Source of the DNA: Bacillota bacterium
Lineage (GTDB): Bacteria; Bacillota; Clostridia; Acetivibrionales; DSM-2933
Reading direction: 5' to 3'
DNA: 36,888 bases
Assembly: GCA_030705945.1 (NCBI GenBank)
Contig: JAUZPS010000001.1
Span: 1 to 36,888, forward strand
Shown: in pieces, positions 35,172 to 36,888 of the stretch
How the letters are laid out: each line of letters opens with the position of its first letter
Position numbering within the stretch: position 1 is the first letter of the stretch
Notes under the pieces: model-generated
Database searches by the model: none
What the model saw: only the letters and a program-made list of their open reading frames with translations
Told to the model about the DNA's origin: nothing
Translations under genes and position numbers: made by a program

Positions 35172-36888
35172 TCACATAGTCGCAGCCTTCTTTGCTGCAT
35201 TTAATAGTTTCCTTTTTGCCTGATGCGTGCGAAACCAAGAAGCTATCGCATTTTGGGCATTTTTCATCAGTTGGTTTATCCCATGTCATAAAGCCGCAGT
35301 CGGTTCTATTTTCGCAACTAAAATATTTACGGCCTTTTTTGGTCTTTCTTATTACAACCTTACCACCGCATTTAGGACAATTAACTCCCGCTTCTTCTAC
35401 AATGGGTTTTGAATTCCAGCATTCAGGAAACCCAGGGCACGCTAAAAATTTACCGAATCTACCCATCTTGATTACCATGTTTTTGCCGCACTTTTCACAA
35501 ATTACATCAGTAACTTCTACTGGGATTTCTACCTGTCCTATGCTTGTTTCAGCCTCATTGAACACATTTTCAAAGCCTGAGTAGAATTCCTTCATGATTT
35601 CTACCCACCTTTTTTCACCATCTTCAACATCATCGAGTTTGCTTTCAAGCTGAGCGGTAAATTTAACATCCACTATATCTTTAAAATAGTTTTTCATTAT
35701 TTCTGTAACTATTTTTCCAAGCTCAGTCGGAAATAAAAACTTTTTATCTTTCTCAACATATCCCCTTGCAAGGATAGTAGTAATAGTAGGGGCATACGTA
35801 CTAGGTCTTCCTATTCCCTTCTCTTCTAATACTTTAACAAGGGTTGCTTCTGTATATCTTGAAGGTGGCTGAGTAAAATGCTGTTTAGGGTCTATGCTTT
35901 TTAAGTCAAGCGCCTCCCCTTCTTCTAAAGTCGGTATATTGGTTTCAGCGCTTTCCCCTTCATCATCATTTCCTTCTATATATACGGACATAAAACCAGC
36001 AAATTTTACTTTGGATCCTGTGGATTTAAAAATATAATCACCTACATTAATATCTACGCTTAGAGTATCGTATATTGCTGAAGACATCTGGCTTGATGTA
36101 AATCTTTCCCATATCAGCTTATATAGTTTAAACTGCTCATTTGTAAGAGACTCTTTTATTTCGTCAGGCAGCATACTTATATAAGTAGGTCTTATCGACT
36201 CATGGGCGTCCTGAGAAGCAGATTTGTTTTTATAGACCCTTAGCTCATCAGGCACAAATTTGTCCCCATATTTTTCTTTTATATACTCTCTCGTTTCCTG
36301 TTGGGCTTCAGCAGATACTCTCGTCGAGTCTGTTCTAATATATGTTACAAGCCCCATCGCTCCGTGACCCTTTATTTCAACACCTTCATAAAGCTGCTGA
36401 GCTACCATCATAGTTTTCTTGGTAGTAAAGCCAAGCTTTCTTGACGCTTCCTGCTGCAGAGTGCTTGTAATGAAAGGAGGAGCCGGAGTTCTTTTCTTTT
36501 CGCTCTTTTTTACTTTGGTAACTACATATTTCTTGCCGGTAATTGAATTTACAATTTCGTTTACTTGATTCTCATCATTCAATTCTATTTTTCCATCTTT
36601 ATTACCATAAAATTTTGAGTTAAAAACAGTTTTGCCTTTATTCTGTGTGAGTTTTGCGTCTATTGTCCAGTATTCTTCAGGAATAAAACCCTCAATCTCT
36701 TCTTCCCTATCACTTATGAGTCTAGTCGCGACAGATTGAACCCTTCCTGCGCTCAAGCCTTTCTTGACCTTCTTCCACAGAAGGGGACTTATTTTATAAC
36801 CAACTATCCTGTCTAAAACTCTTCTTGCTTGCTGAGCGTCTACCAAGTTCATATCTATTTCTCTTGGCGCTTTTATTGCGCTCTTTAC
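35158..36888 (-). CDS. topA: DNA topoisomerase I, 5' end outside the window
   Basis: SAGRVQS, LYE, catalytic TYIRTDS, HESIRPT, GIGRPSTY, three C-terminal Zn ribbons; the frame is open to the window edge. Confidence 0.98.
   Translation of the reverse strand, partial: VKSAIKAPREIDMNLVDAQQARRVLDRIVGYKISPLLWKKVKKGLSAGRVQSVATRLISDREEEIEGFIPEEYWTIDAKLTQNKGKTVFNSKFYGNKDGKIELNDENQVNEIVNSITGKKYVVTKVKKSEKKRTPAPPFITSTLQQEASRKLGFTTKKTMMVAQQLYEGVEIKGHGAMGLVTYIRTDSTRVSAEAQQETREYIKEKYGDKFVPDELRVYKNKSASQDAHESIRPTYISMLPDEIKESLTNEQFKLYKLIWERFTSSQMSSAIYDTLSVDINVGDYIFKSTGSKVKFAGFMSVYIEGNDDEGESAETNIPTLEEGEALDLKSIDPKQHFTQPPSRYTEATLVKVLEEKGIGRPSTYAPTITTILARGYVEKDKKFLFPTELGKIVTEIMKNYFKDIVDVKFTAQLESKLDDVEDGEKRWVEIMKEFYSGFENVFNEAETSIGQVEIPVEVTDVICEKCGKNMVIKMGRFGKFLACPGFPECWNSKPIVEEAGVNCPKCGGKVVIRKTKKGRKYFSCENRTDCGFMTWDKPTDEKCPKCDSFLVSHASGKKETIKCSKEGCDYVKKND

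Noticed and set aside
523-35584. The many plus-strand ORFs in the track (e.g. 3405-3914, 6638-7042, 17348-17812, 35192-35584) and the short minus-strand ORFs 13590-13811, 14464-14661 and 21094-21285
   Set aside because: They are antisense or off-frame shadows of well-conserved genes, with Ser/Ile/Phe-biased composition and no recognisable motifs
35158-36852. Truncated topA (564 aa in the track)
   Set aside because: The frame continues without a stop to the window edge, so the truncation is a window artefact

Overview
AT-rich clostridial (Acetivibrio/Ruminiclostridium-like by gene order and style; inference) chromosome segment. Every real gene is on the minus strand. In transcription order it carries partial topA and trmFO, then a ~33 kb fla/che operon: flgB flgC fliE fliF fliG fliH fliI fliJ ylxF/motE-like fliK flgD TIGR02530-type gene flgE flbD fliL fliM fliY cheY fliO fliP fliQ fliR flhB flhA flhF flhG PilZ-brake cheB cheA cheW cheC cheD, a small membrane hypothetical, sigD and a partial FapA/DUF342 gene missing from the ORF track. 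motAB, cheR and xerC-hslVU-codY are absent. The proteins are mostly ordinary; the unusual content is non-coding. (1) A GC-rich structured leader with a cUUCGg tetraloop lies between a sigma-28-type promoter and flgE, directly after a gene whose product has a 'SKHAxxRLxxRxI' RNase-like motif; this is a candidate protein-RNA regulatory module. (2) At least five families of short palindromic, MITE/REP-like repeats populate the spacers, one showing compensatory base changes and a single orientation. (3) A switch-like structure sits between cheA and cheW. (4) flgB is preceded by SigA-like and SigH-like promoters, the latter overlapping a Spo0A box. Everything was read by eye; no searches or folding programs were run.
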